Shown here piece after piece: positions 1 through 9,457 of a stretch of 64,000 bases of DNA (within the stretch, counting starts at the first letter, position 1; every line of letters begins with the position of its first letter). This DNA is from Alkalispirochaeta sp. (GTDB taxonomy: Bacteria > Spirochaetota > Spirochaetia > DSM-27196 > Alkalispirochaetaceae): assembly GCA_965601925.1 (NCBI GenBank), contig OZ271854.1, forward strand, positions 800,001-864,000. The letters are read 5' to 3'. Position numbers and translations under genes: made by a program. A model generated the notes under the pieces. That model made no database searches. It had not been told where the DNA came from and worked only from the letters and a program-made list of their open reading frames with translations.

Positions 1-43
1 TTTATTGTTATTCATTATGCTACATTTCTAATACTATCGCTGT

Positions 44-1054
44 GTGAGAGACCGACGGACACCGACGTTGCTATTCGCGCAGATACTATTCGTTCTCGCT
101 TGGAGCTCCGGATGGTTGTCGGCGGAGATCGCCGTTCGATACGCCACGACACCCCTCATTCTCGCCCTACGGTTTTCCGGAGCTACACTCATGCTATCGT
201 GCCTGTGGTTGATACGTTGCCTGGCGAACCGTGTCCCGCAGCCGGCCGGTACGGAATCGTACGGTAGCTCGCACGGCTCCCGGCGGCGATCGATCGGACG
301 CGCCGCGCTGATCGGCATCCTTTCTCAAATGGTGTGGCTCTGGGCCGTGTTAGAGTCGCAGCGGCGCGGCGTGTCGCCCGGAACGAACGCGTTGATAAAC
401 GCGACCCAGCCCTTTGTGACGGCGATCGCTCTCTCGGTGGTGTTACGGGAACGCACGAGTCGGCGAGTATTGGCCGGCATCGTAGTCGCCGGTATCGGAC
501 TGTTTCTCGCCGTTCGGGACGATCTTCGGGGACCCGGCGCCGATGCGCGGGCCTTGGCGATTCCACTCATATCGGTAGCCTCCATGACGTGCGCGATCGT
601 ACTGCAGCGCGCGACCTCGCGTTACAGCACCGCTCCCGACGGACACGGACCTGAACACCTACTGATTCAAACGGCGGCCTCGGCTGCGGTCGCGCTCCTA
701 CACCTCGCGATAGTGGGCACCGGGGATATTCGATGGAGTGTGCCGTTTGTCGCGACGCTGGCGTGGATCGTCCTCGTCTCCCATATCGCGAGCTACGCGC
801 TCTTTTGGTACTTGGTGGCTCGCACCTCGCCGACTCGCGCGTCCGCGCTCTTACTTGCAAGCCCCCCGACGACGATCATCCTAAGTGCAATACTATTCGG
901 CGAGCGATTGGGGACGGTCGAGATAGTGGGAACTTCCATCGTGGTGGCCGGCTTGGCTCTCGCCCAAGGGCGGAGCGTGCCGGACGGGAGGCGGGCGATC
1001 GCAGCTCGTCGGAAGTGCACGCGAAATCCCGCGGCACGGAAATGCTCGCAATAG
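44..1054 (+). CDS. DMT/EamA family transporter
   Basis: About 10 hydrophobic segments; EamA-like motifs (WSSGW, 'ATQPFVTA', 'LFGERLG'); GTG start uncertain. Confidence 0.85.
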   Translation: MRDRRTPTLLFAQILFVLAWSSGWLSAEIAVRYATTPLILALRFSGATLMLSCLWLIRCLANRVPQPAGTESYGSSHGSRRRSIGRAALIGILSQMVWLWAVLESQRRGVSPGTNALINATQPFVTAIALSVVLRERTSRRVLAGIVVAGIGLFLAVRDDLRGPGADARALAIPLISVASMTCAIVLQRATSRYSTAPDGHGPEHLLIQTAASAAVALLHLAIVGTGDIRWSVPFVATLAWIVLVSHIASYALFWYLVARTSPTRASALLLASPPTTIILSAILFGERLGTVEIVGTSIVVAGLALAQGRSVPDGRRAIAARRKCTRNPAARKCSQ

Positions 1055-1311
1055 CGCCCCAGACCGCATCCCGTATCAAGCAGCACTTTTCCGCGCGCCG
1101 GACCGACGCGGTCGGCGATCCGCGCCGCCAGCCGATCAGTTGTCGAGTGCTTCAAACGGGCCGAATCGACATCGAAGCCCAGGTGAAACGTCAACATCCG
1201 CCGTCCGACGCGGTCGTCGGTCCGGACGGCGTGCTCCGATCGAGTGTCTATCCGAGGGCGTTCCGGGACTATCCGGCGATTCGGTGTCGCGACCGATCCG
1301 TCGAAAGCGCC

Positions 1312-2067
1312 TCAGTATACGCTCGCATCGGCCTCGAGGTCGGCCGAGTCGGTATCCACCCCCTCAACGGGAAGCTGCCCGGGAGCAAAGTGATCGGGGC
1401 ACGGTTGGCGCCCGGGCAAGTCGCACTCTCGATAGTGGTAGCGTCCGATCTCGTGCGCCTCGCGAAGATCCCGGAGGGTAAATACCGAATCGGTGTGGTC
1501 CGTCCCGCTATGACACACGACGCACGATGTCGAGGAGCGTGAAAAGAGCTCGCCGGTACCGCGGAACCAGTAGTAGTCCCACTGCTCCGCCGCAAAATCG
1601 ACCTCTTCCAGGGCGCGCTCGGACTTCTGCATGACAAAGACGTTGTTGAGCACTCCGGCGACGATCTCGTCCGAGACGCGTCCGACCGATCCGTCGGCGT
1701 TACGCTCGGCCGAGTGGCTGTCCATGAGGATGATGGTTCCCGGTGGAAAGACGTCACCCTCTCGCAGCGCCTGGTACGCCCCCTCTTGGATATACATATG
1801 ACGTACCGTGCCGTCCGGTCGTCCGATCCGCGCGTAGTTGATGTACTCTTCTCGGTAGCGGTCGGGCAGTGAGACGAGCGCCTCCACACTCAAAGGCGCC
1901 GCGCTACCCGGCTCGTATCCGACGACGTTCCGTACTATGCCGGTCTCGACGGCTCGATCCTCGAGAGTCGAGACGACCTCGATATCGGGACGACTCTCGA
2001 TGAAAAAGGAGCCGAGCACGATAAGCACGCATAGAACGAGGACCGAGGGAAGAATAATACGCTTCAT
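1312..2067 (-). CDS. cytochrome P460/c'-beta family heme protein
   Basis: N-terminal signal/anchor (MKRIILPSVLVLC), 'FPPGTIILMD', 'VFVMQK', 'WDYYWF', C-terminal CVVCH heme motif. Confidence 0.7.
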   Translation of the reverse strand: MKRIILPSVLVLCVLIVLGSFFIESRPDIEVVSTLEDRAVETGIVRNVVGYEPGSAAPLSVEALVSLPDRYREEYINYARIGRPDGTVRHMYIQEGAYQALREGDVFPPGTIILMDSHSAERNADGSVGRVSDEIVAGVLNNVFVMQKSERALEEVDFAAEQWDYYWFRGTGELFSRSSTSCVVCHSGTDHTDSVFTLRDLREAHEIGRYHYRECDLPGRQPCPDHFAPGQLPVEGVDTDSADLEADASVY

Positions 2068-2202
2068 GTTTCCACCTGCAATATGAGCACCGATAGTGTG
2101 TCGCGATGACAATTTCATGATATCGTGGAACGGCGCCGACGGTGAAATAGCAAAACACTATCGCTCGATAACCAACATGTATCGCAGACGTCGACGGCTC
2201 CG

Positions 2203-2568
2203 TCAGACAACGTCCATCCCGGAGCGGATGGTTACAATCTTTTCCGTCAGGTAGGCCTTCACTCGCGTGAGCTCCGCTATCGTACGCGAAATCTCTTCGA
2301 TCTTATGCCCGATATGGACGATCTGATCGGCGGCCGTAAGCTCGCCGGCGTCCCACGCCGACATGAGAGAGCCGATCTCGGCAAGGGAGAAACCGGCCGT
2401 CTGCGCGCGCCGTATCATCGCGATCCGCTCCACCGCATCTTCGGTGTAGGTCCGATAGTTATTCTCCAAGCGCTCGACAAATCGTCCGTCCAAGAGACCG
2501 ATCTTCTCGTAGAACCGAATAGTGTGCCGCGGAAGGCCCGTGCGTACGCATAGCTCATGTATCTTCAT
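2203..2568 (-). CDS. MerR family transcriptional regulator
   Basis: MKIHEL...TIRFYEKIGLL...NNYRTY MerR HTH; divergent from SDR. Confidence 0.92.
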   Translation of the reverse strand: MKIHELCVRTGLPRHTIRFYEKIGLLDGRFVERLENNYRTYTEDAVERIAMIRRAQTAGFSLAEIGSLMSAWDAGELTAADQIVHIGHKIEEISRTIAELTRVKAYLTEKIVTIRSGMDVV

Positions 2569-2587
2569 AAAAAAAATCGCTCGTCAG

Positions 2588-2619
2588 TTGACTATGAAGT
2601 GTACTTCATACTTTATCTT
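2588..2619 (+). promoter_or_regulatory. MerR-type promoter/operator of the SDR gene
   Basis: TTGACT (-35, 2588-2593), 20-bp spacer, TATCTT (-10); perfect palindrome TATGAAGT-GT-ACTTCATA at 2593-2610. Confidence 0.8.
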
Positions 2620-2650
2620 CTCGCTCGCACCCGTTGCAAGGAGGTTTGAG

Positions 2651-3469
2651 ATGGGAAGAGAACAGAGAGCGGTTCTGATTACCGGCGCATCGAGCGGCAT
2701 CGGTCGCGCCACGGCAACAACGTTTTACCATGCCGGCTGGAAGGTCGTCGCCGCCATGCGCAACCCGAAGCGAGACGCACCAATCGTGAATGGAGATCGG
2801 TTCTTACCGGTCACAATGGACGTCACCGACGAGGCTGAGATCGAACGCGCCGTCGCAACGGCGGTCGACCGCTTTGGACGAATCGATGTGCTCGTCAACA
2901 ACGCGGGGTACGGCCTCACCGGTCCGCTCGAGGGTATCACAGCGGACCAACTCAGCCGTCAGTTCGATGTCAATGTGTTCGGCGTGGCGGCGGTGATACG
3001 CCGCGTCCTGCCGACGCTCCGAACACAGAGAGACGGAGTCATCATCAACGTGTCGTCCATCGGGGGTCGCATCGCCTTCCCCTTTGCGTCGGCGTATCAC
3101 GCGACGAAGTTCGCCGTCGAGGGGCTGAGCGAGTCGCTGCGTTTTGAGCTCCGCTCCCACGGTATTCGCGTCAAGGTCGTCGAGCCCGGTGGGATACGGA
3201 CCGACTTCATCACCCGCTCGCAAGAGTTGGCGCGGCACTCTGACTATGAGCCGCAGCTCTCGCGCATGGCCGACATGACGGCGCGACTCAACGATCGCCT
3301 CCCCGGACCGGAGGGTGTCGCCGCAGTGATTCTGCGCGCCGCAACGGATCGGTCCGACAGACTACGTTATACCGCGAAGGCGGGACCGTATCTGACCATG
3401 AACGCGATCTTGCCCGATCGCCTCTGGCGGCGCATGGTGGGCGGGATGCTGGAGCGCCACGCGGGATGA
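2651..3469 (+). CDS. SDR family oxidoreductase
   Basis: TGASSGIG, NNAG, YHATK motifs; RBS GGAGG upstream of ATG 2651. Confidence 0.93.
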   Translation: MGREQRAVLITGASSGIGRATATTFYHAGWKVVAAMRNPKRDAPIVNGDRFLPVTMDVTDEAEIERAVATAVDRFGRIDVLVNNAGYGLTGPLEGITADQLSRQFDVNVFGVAAVIRRVLPTLRTQRDGVIINVSSIGGRIAFPFASAYHATKFAVEGLSESLRFELRSHGIRVKVVEPGGIRTDFITRSQELARHSDYEPQLSRMADMTARLNDRLPGPEGVAAVILRAATDRSDRLRYTAKAGPYLTMNAILPDRLWRRMVGGMLERHAG

Positions 3470-3738
3470 GAAGGCGGTTCGGCGTGGGCTTGTTCTCCAC
3501 GGCCGTAATCCGTTCCGTGGCGCCGTAACGCGTCGGCCGCCCTCCTCTGGGACGGCGAGCGAATCGGGTGAGTTCTCTCCGATCACACCGACTTTCGAGC
3601 CTCACGGGAACCGACGGTGTGACGCGGGCGGTCGATCTCCCGGCCCGATGTCGCAGCGGTATCGAGACGTTAGGGTCGACTCTCGCGCATCGTACACGAG
3701 CGGAGACCGAAGCGAAAGCGTGAGGGTTGCGACCGGAC

Positions 3739-4041
3739 TTAGTTGAGCACCATGATCGTGATGACGGCGCCGATGGCGACGGCGACGCCCCACGCGACCT
3801 TGTGCGACCCGGGAGCCTCGCGGAAAACGACCTGCGGGTCCTTGGTCTTGGCGCGGCTCTCCTTTAGGGTCATGTTCCCACCGGGGAACACGATGAAAGC
3901 GAGCCCGACGATCACCAGCCCCGGCCCCGCCGCAAGTAAACGCAACGTGAAGCCGGCGTCGCGAAGCATCGTAACGGCAAACCACGAGAAGACGAGACCG
4001 ATGAACACGATGAAGATTCCCAAGAAACGACCGAGTTGCAT
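3739..4041 (-). CDS. hypothetical membrane protein (3 TM)
   Basis: Three hydrophobic segments; start chosen at MQLGR. Confidence 0.6.
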   Translation of the reverse strand: MQLGRFLGIFIVFIGLVFSWFAVTMLRDAGFTLRLLAAGPGLVIVGLAFIVFPGGNMTLKESRAKTKDPQVVFREAPGSHKVAWGVAVAIGAVITIMVLN

Positions 4042-4289
4042 ACCGCTTCCCCCCGGGCGGGATGGTATACCGTAGGAGATATCGATGGAAAGCCTCGTGG
4101 TGACCAAAGAGGATGCAACTAACGTTCAGAGAAGCATAGATCGATCCGCGCCGAGGAGCGGCGCGATGTAAATGTACACCCTGAACGCGCCGGAAACGTG
4201 CCGACTCCACCATGCCGCGAATGTTTCGTCTCCAGCCGGCTCTCGCACAGCCTTGCGGCCCGCCATGGTTTTTCCTACTATTGGGACCT

Positions 4290-4694
4290 ATGTTTTACAC
4301 CTTCCCCGAGGGCACCACGGCGGTTGTGATAGCCGACTACGATCGCCCGTATCCCGACCCGATCGCCGTGCGCGCCGGCGACCTCATCCGGCCCGACCTC
4401 GAGCGCACGAAGGAGACCGACTTCCTGGGCTGGACGTGGTGCCGCGGGCCGGACGGTCGCGAGGGCTGGGTACCGAACGGCTGGGTCACGCGAGGCGCCG
4501 ACGGCTGGCGTATACGCCGCGACTTCTCGGCGCTGGAGCTGTCGGTCCGCAAGGGCGATCGGATGACCCTTGACTTCAGTGAGAGCGGCTTCGTCCACGG
4601 CCGCCGCACGGACGGAGAGGTCGGATGGCTACCCGACGCCGTGGTGGAGCTGACGACGGGAGACGCGACCGCCGATCGCGATCGTGAGGACTGA
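4290..4694 (+). CDS. tandem bacterial SH3-domain protein
   Basis: Two SH3-like repeats ending GREGWVP and GEVGWLP; 'ELSVRKGD'. Confidence 0.8.
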   Translation: MFYTFPEGTTAVVIADYDRPYPDPIAVRAGDLIRPDLERTKETDFLGWTWCRGPDGREGWVPNGWVTRGADGWRIRRDFSALELSVRKGDRMTLDFSESGFVHGRRTDGEVGWLPDAVVELTTGDATADRDRED

Positions 4695-4802
4695 GACCAC
4701 CCGACGTCAACCCGATCGCGCTGCGGTTGACCGTCGTCGACGGTCCGGAGGAACTTGCCCGGTCCTACGGGAGCCCGTATCTTCGGGGAAAAGGGGGGAG
4801 TC

Positions 4803-5585
4803 ATGACAAGAAAAGTGGGCTTGGTAGCCGCACTGGTCGTGTTAACGTCGTTCTCCGTGTCCGCTCAGGCGGTGGCGGTCGATCCGAGCGCACCGGGGGA
4901 GCGAAACGTGGTATATCGCACCGCCGACGGGGTCGAGATTGAAGCGTACCTCGCGCTTCCCGAGGGTTCCGGGCCGCATCCGGCGGTGGTGCTCATCCAC
5001 GAGTGGTGGGGTCTCAACCACGACACGGTGCTACTCGCCGACGCTCTGGCGCGTGAAGGCTTCGTCGTTCTCGCCGCCGATGCGTTTCGGGGCAGCGTCG
5101 CGGATACGCAAGCGGCGGCGCGGGCGCAGGTGATGGGAACGCCTCGGGTGCAAATCGCCTCCGATCTGGACGCTGCGTTTGCGTTCCTTGCCGCTCATGA
5201 GGCGGTCGATGCGTCGCGGATTGCGAGTTGGGGTTTTTGCTTCGGCGGGACGCAGTCGATGTTTATGGGGACGAGAAACCCCGATCTTGCGGCGATCGTC
5301 ATCTTTTACGGTTCCGGTCCGATACAGGAGGTCGATAACCTCGGCGTCATGGCGCAGAACGGACCGGTACTGGGAATCTACGGCGAGAACGATCCGGTCA
5401 TCACCGTTGACGAGGTTCGCACCTTCGAGGGTGCACTAAACGCAGCCGGCGTCGACAATACGATTGAAATCTACGCCGAGGTCGGGCACGCTTTTGTAAA
5501 GAGCGACACCTACAACGCCGGCGGCACGCCGGAACGCGCCTGGAGACAGGCCGTCGATTTCCTCAAAGCCGTGATCGGGGGCTGA
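4803..5585 (+). CDS. dienelactone hydrolase family protein, secreted
   Basis: HEWWGL, GFCFGG, GHAF motifs; signal peptide. Confidence 0.9.
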   Translation: MTRKVGLVAALVVLTSFSVSAQAVAVDPSAPGERNVVYRTADGVEIEAYLALPEGSGPHPAVVLIHEWWGLNHDTVLLADALAREGFVVLAADAFRGSVADTQAAARAQVMGTPRVQIASDLDAAFAFLAAHEAVDASRIASWGFCFGGTQSMFMGTRNPDLAAIVIFYGSGPIQEVDNLGVMAQNGPVLGIYGENDPVITVDEVRTFEGALNAAGVDNTIEIYAEVGHAFVKSDTYNAGGTPERAWRQAVDFLKAVIGG

Positions 5586-5619
5586 AGGTGAGCCCTGCGG
5601 GGCGCAGGGTTGTCGTCGG

Positions 5620-6270
5620 TCACCGACTCCGCGCCTCGGAGACGGCATCATCGAGCCACCACTCCCAGAACGCTTTGCGCCGCAGGCTCTCCGGTTCGGA
5701 GGTGACCGTTGTCGGGCCGCAGAGATACGCCCGGCACGCGTGCCACGGTGGATCGAGCTCGTAGGGGTCGTAGTCGACATCGCGTCGATCGAGGTCCACG
5801 CCGTCGAGGAGCAGTACGTCCTTCAATGCAGCCGAGAGGGTAGCCGCCGCCGCGGTACCCGCCATGATCGCCGCCTGAACCGCCGGATCGTCTCTATCGG
5901 TGTGATTGGTAAGCGCATTGTCGAGGTACGTCCACCAATCGGAAACCGCGCCGTGTAACGAGGTGGGTAACGACTCGCCGGCGAGCCACCGGTCCACCCA
6001 GTGCAACAGCTCATGGGGCGTCTCATCGTCGGGAAACGCGGCCTCCCAGGTCGGCAACACCTTCCGCGATGTAATGCAAAAGAGTCTCGTGCGTCGCACG
6101 TGGCCGATCGCGCGAGGTTTCGCACTGGCGTTTCCGGGCGCTCCCAGCCCGCGGTAGACGTGGTAGCGCCGGCCGATCTCCAGATGGCCGTCGGGATTCG
6201 CCTCCAGTGCGGCGCGGCACGCAGCGATGATTTCAACCATTGTCGTCTCCGTCGGTTCCGCCACTTGCAC
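5620..6270 (-). CDS. Imm5-like immunity protein
   Basis: 'RKVLPTWEAAFPDDETP' and C-terminal 'RKAFWEWWLDDAV' resemble Imm5. Confidence 0.7.
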   Translation of the reverse strand: MQVAEPTETTMVEIIAACRAALEANPDGHLEIGRRYHVYRGLGAPGNASAKPRAIGHVRRTRLFCITSRKVLPTWEAAFPDDETPHELLHWVDRWLAGESLPTSLHGAVSDWWTYLDNALTNHTDRDDPAVQAAIMAGTAAAATLSAALKDVLLLDGVDLDRRDVDYDPYELDPPWHACRAYLCGPTTVTSEPESLRRKAFWEWWLDDAVSEARSR

Positions 6271-6308
6271 CCTCCCTCAACCGCATCACGCGGATAGCCG
6301 TCCGTCGT

Positions 6309-6818
6309 CTACCGGCCCTTTCGCCTCCCCGGCGTTCGATCCCGCGGCAGCGCTTTCATCCGGCGCATCAGGTCGGCTTCGATCGCTTTCTTGTTGATAC
6401 AGTACTCGATCGATTCGCGGAACGTACCGGGCTTCTGCTCTCTGATCAGCGCGTCCCTGATCCCCACCGGGCTGAAGCCGATGCCGTCGTCGTCTTTGAA
6501 CCCGTACACCATCGGCGTTCCGTGCGTGAAATCGGTGTCGCGCCCCATCTCCCAACGACCGCCGGCGTGACGGATGAGCACTTCTCCGAGATACGCGAGG
6601 ACGGCGCGATCGAAGTGATTCTGCGAGAAGGGAATCCGGTCCGTTCCGACCAACACATCGAGGTAAAACGCCTCTACGGTATCCACCATCTCGATGCTGT
6701 AATCGACGGACGTGGTTGCGTAGCGCTTGCTTTCCGCTATCGCTTGCCGCAGGTCCTCGATCAACATCGGAATCTCGACCTCAAAATCGTGAAACTCGTC
6801 CAGTAACGTTCTATCCAT
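6309..6818 (-). CDS. hypothetical protein, putative toxin immunity protein
   Basis: 'DYSIEMVDTVE...AYLGEVLIRHAGGRW...P' pattern recalled from immunity-like families; same strand and adjacent to Imm5. Confidence 0.55.
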   Translation of the reverse strand: MDRTLLDEFHDFEVEIPMLIEDLRQAIAESKRYATTSVDYSIEMVDTVEAFYLDVLVGTDRIPFSQNHFDRAVLAYLGEVLIRHAGGRWEMGRDTDFTHGTPMVYGFKDDDGIGFSPVGIRDALIREQKPGTFRESIEYCINKKAIEADLMRRMKALPRDRTPGRRKGR

Positions 6819-6882
6819 GATAAAGCGCTCCCGAGAAGTCATAACCGCACGGTGTCGTCCCCTCCGCGTCCTGCCGTCCCGA

Positions 6883-7464
6883 TCAGCTTCTCGGGACCGG
6901 GCGGGTACGCCTCGGGTGCAACCAGCGACCGAACACCCGCATAATGAGCGGCATAAGCACCCACGTCATAAATACGATCATCAGCGCCGAGGTAATGAAC
7001 GCCGCGACGATACGCCCCACGTACCCCGAAATGAATGCCGCGGTGGGTGGAAGGAGAAACGACGTGAGCGGCGTCAGGACGAGCCACAACACGGAGGCTT
7101 GTCGCAGGCGCGAAAGTGGGGGCGCGCTCGGCGCGTCAAACCACACCTCGTACCCCGTCGCTTCCTGAATCTGAGGGCCACCCTCGAACCAATCGTCCGC
7201 CTCGGAGATGATCTCGTCGTGCGCGGGTGAACGCTGCCACGCCTTGAAGTGCTCATCCGTGTCGAATGTTATGGACAACGTATACGTCCCCGCCGCCTCG
7301 TTCTGAGGCGGCTTCATGACACTGATGCTCCGATACCCTTCGAAGGTGCTCATCGCCTGTATGACTCGTTGCAACCACTCGTCGTGGCGCTCCCGAAAGC
7401 CCGGTTTAATCGATCGGACGATGACGATCGTAGCCTGTGTTTCCGCCTTGTTGTGCAAGGACAC
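6883..7464 (-). CDS. antibiotic biosynthesis monooxygenase (ABM) domain membrane protein
   Basis: ABM-like N-terminus (F..W..SP), 'TGYEVWF', two C-terminal TMs; AGGAGG RBS before GTG. Confidence 0.8.
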   Translation of the reverse strand: MSLHNKAETQATIVIVRSIKPGFRERHDEWLQRVIQAMSTFEGYRSISVMKPPQNEAAGTYTLSITFDTDEHFKAWQRSPAHDEIISEADDWFEGGPQIQEATGYEVWFDAPSAPPLSRLRQASVLWLVLTPLTSFLLPPTAAFISGYVGRIVAAFITSALMIVFMTWVLMPLIMRVFGRWLHPRRTRPVPRS

Positions 7465-7747
7465 CTGCGACCTCCTACTAATAGATATCATTACGGGGCC
7501 GGCGGTGAAACGAGACCCCTGTGCGTGTCGACGAGGTCATAGTACGCGCCATCGACAAACTCGGCAACGCAACTTGGGAGTCGCCGTCGGTAGCGCGCCG
7601 GATCGACGCGGCCGGAGCTCTCATGTCTCAACGCGACCGGCCGGCCGGTGAGAATAACCGCTGTATTCCCGACGTGTAAGATATAGATTGTTTCGATACC
7701 GGACCGCGGCCCGGTTCAACGGCCCTTGCTCGTCGGAGGAATAAGGT

Positions 7748-8146
7748 ATGACAAAGCAGACCATCGTTGCGTGTCTTGTAGTGTTGGGCGCCGCCGCACC
7801 GATCGTGGGTCAGGTCGTCGTACCGGCTCAACAGCAGTTGACGCTACTGGTAGACGCTCGCTACCGTGCGTCTCACGGCTGGGGCCACGTGTTTGAGTGC
7901 ACCGTACGGCGCGTTATCTCCGGCGCACCGACGGACGAGGTAATCCTCGTAACGGTGTACGGCGCCGCGGACCCATCGGACGCTCCGCTTCAACCGTTTG
8001 AGGAGCACCACGACGTGGTGATGACGTTTACACGCAATCCCGATCGGCGCCACGGCCCGCCACCGGGTTTCACCGACTCCGGCGGTGACTATTGGGTGTT
8101 GCAGACGGTTGATGTCCCCGTCGCTCCCGACGCGATCGTGGAGTAA
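7748..8146 (+). CDS. hypothetical secreted protein
   Basis: Signal peptide; RBS GGAGG/AAGG. Confidence 0.6.
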   Translation: MTKQTIVACLVVLGAAAPIVGQVVVPAQQQLTLLVDARYRASHGWGHVFECTVRRVISGAPTDEVILVTVYGAADPSDAPLQPFEEHHDVVMTFTRNPDRRHGPPPGFTDSGGDYWVLQTVDVPVAPDAIVE

Positions 8147-8234
8147 GATCGGCGATCAAGAGACGGGACGCCGCCCCACCCCGTGGGTCCAACAAAACCT
8201 TGATAAATCCCATATCTGCTGTAGCATCGTTTGT

Positions 8235-8726
8235 ATGAAGAAAGTAGTAGCAATCGGTGCATTGGTAGCGATGGTGTCGTTCTCCGCCTTCGGCCAAACG
8301 TTGGAAACCGCGTTCTCAAACGATTTTGATGCCTGGGAGTTTGACGGTACCACCATCGAGACGGCCTTTAGCGACGACTGGGACGCCTGGGAGTACGGTA
8401 ACTCGATCGAGATCGAGACGGCGTTCGCCGAGGATTGGGACAACTGGGACGTCGGGCGCAATACGACGCTGGAGACGGAGTTCAGTGAAGATTGGGACGC
8501 CTGGGAGATCACCAGCGGCGCAACCACGGTTTATGTGAACACCCAATTCTCCGAAGATTGGGATAGCTGGGAAGTCACCGGCGACGCGACGGGAAGCATG
8601 GAAACGAGCTTCTCCAACGATTTCGACGAATGGGACATCGACGTCGACTTCTCGTCGGTCTCGGAAGAGGTGCGCGCGGCGATCATCTTCGTGCCGATCT
8701 TCATCAGCTCGATTTACGAGGGGTAG
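8235..8726 (+). CDS. secreted acidic repeat protein (6x ETxFSxDWDxW)
   Basis: Signal peptide MKKVVAIG..AFG, six repeats, hydrophobic C-terminal helix. Confidence 0.75.
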   Translation: MKKVVAIGALVAMVSFSAFGQTLETAFSNDFDAWEFDGTTIETAFSDDWDAWEYGNSIEIETAFAEDWDNWDVGRNTTLETEFSEDWDAWEITSGATTVYVNTQFSEDWDSWEVTGDATGSMETSFSNDFDEWDIDVDFSSVSEEVRAAIIFVPIFISSIYEG

Positions 8727-8801
8727 TTCCGACCGGTACGAGCGCCGCGTCACGGTCGCGCTTCCCATACGCACGCCGACCGCCGTTTCATTCCACCCAC
8801 G

Positions 8802-9209
8802 CTAAAAGGCGATTCGAATCGTCGGCAGCACTCGCTTGTCGCGTAACACGGCAAAGCCTTCCAGCGCGCCTTCGATACCCCCTTTGTGTCCGACGCCGCG
8901 GGGCTCCAGCGCCGAGAGTTCGGCGACCGTTAACGGTTTAATCACCTCGACAACTCCATGGTCGGTCCGCCCGGAGCGGGCGCCTTCGGCCTTAAGCGCC
9001 TGTGCAGCCAGGTAGCGCATCTCTCCAAAGAGGTACGGCAGGGAGACGACGCACGGCGTCATATCGTCGAGGCACTCCTTCAGGAGCGCGACTACACGCC
9101 GGTCTCCGGTTGGATTGCGCGCGATCTCCCGTAACGCCGCCGCCTTGAGCGTCACATCCGAGGATGCGAGATCCTCGTGCAGCTCGCGATACTCGCGGCC
9201 GTCCAGCAC
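8802..9209 (-). CDS. HEAT-like helical hypothetical protein
   Basis: 'DLASSDVTLKAAAL', 'RYLAAQAL' HEAT-like pattern; AGGAGG RBS before GTG. Confidence 0.6.
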   Translation of the reverse strand: MLDGREYRELHEDLASSDVTLKAAALREIARNPTGDRRVVALLKECLDDMTPCVVSLPYLFGEMRYLAAQALKAEGARSGRTDHGVVEVIKPLTVAELSALEPRGVGHKGGIEGALEGFAVLRDKRVLPTIRIAF

Positions 9210-9413
9210 CGTCCGACTCCTCCTTCTATCCCACTACGAATACGACGCCGCTGTGAACTCGCCGTCCACGCGGCCATCCTACCACGCCCAGGGCAGCGAT
9301 CGCGAGAGCTAAAAAACGTGTGCCGGTCGGTGTTGCGTGTCGTCATACGGTGCATCGGACACGGTCCGCTCTCGTCTCCAATTCCCATTAGGATCGCTTT
9401 TCTGAACTTTTGC

Positions 9414-9457
9414 TTGACTTTTATCATTACGTTACGTAACGTTTCGTAATGATAAAA
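9414..9457 (+). promoter_or_regulatory. tetR promoter/operator, probably leaderless
   Basis: TTGACT-17bp-TAACGT; 13-bp inverted repeat TTTTATCATTACG / CGTAATGATAAAA; perfect palindrome ACGTTACGTAACGT at 9429-9442. Confidence 0.7.

Noticed and set aside
8300..8640. CRISPR array
   Set aside because: The repeats are degenerate and in frame within a protein-coding gene; no cas genes.
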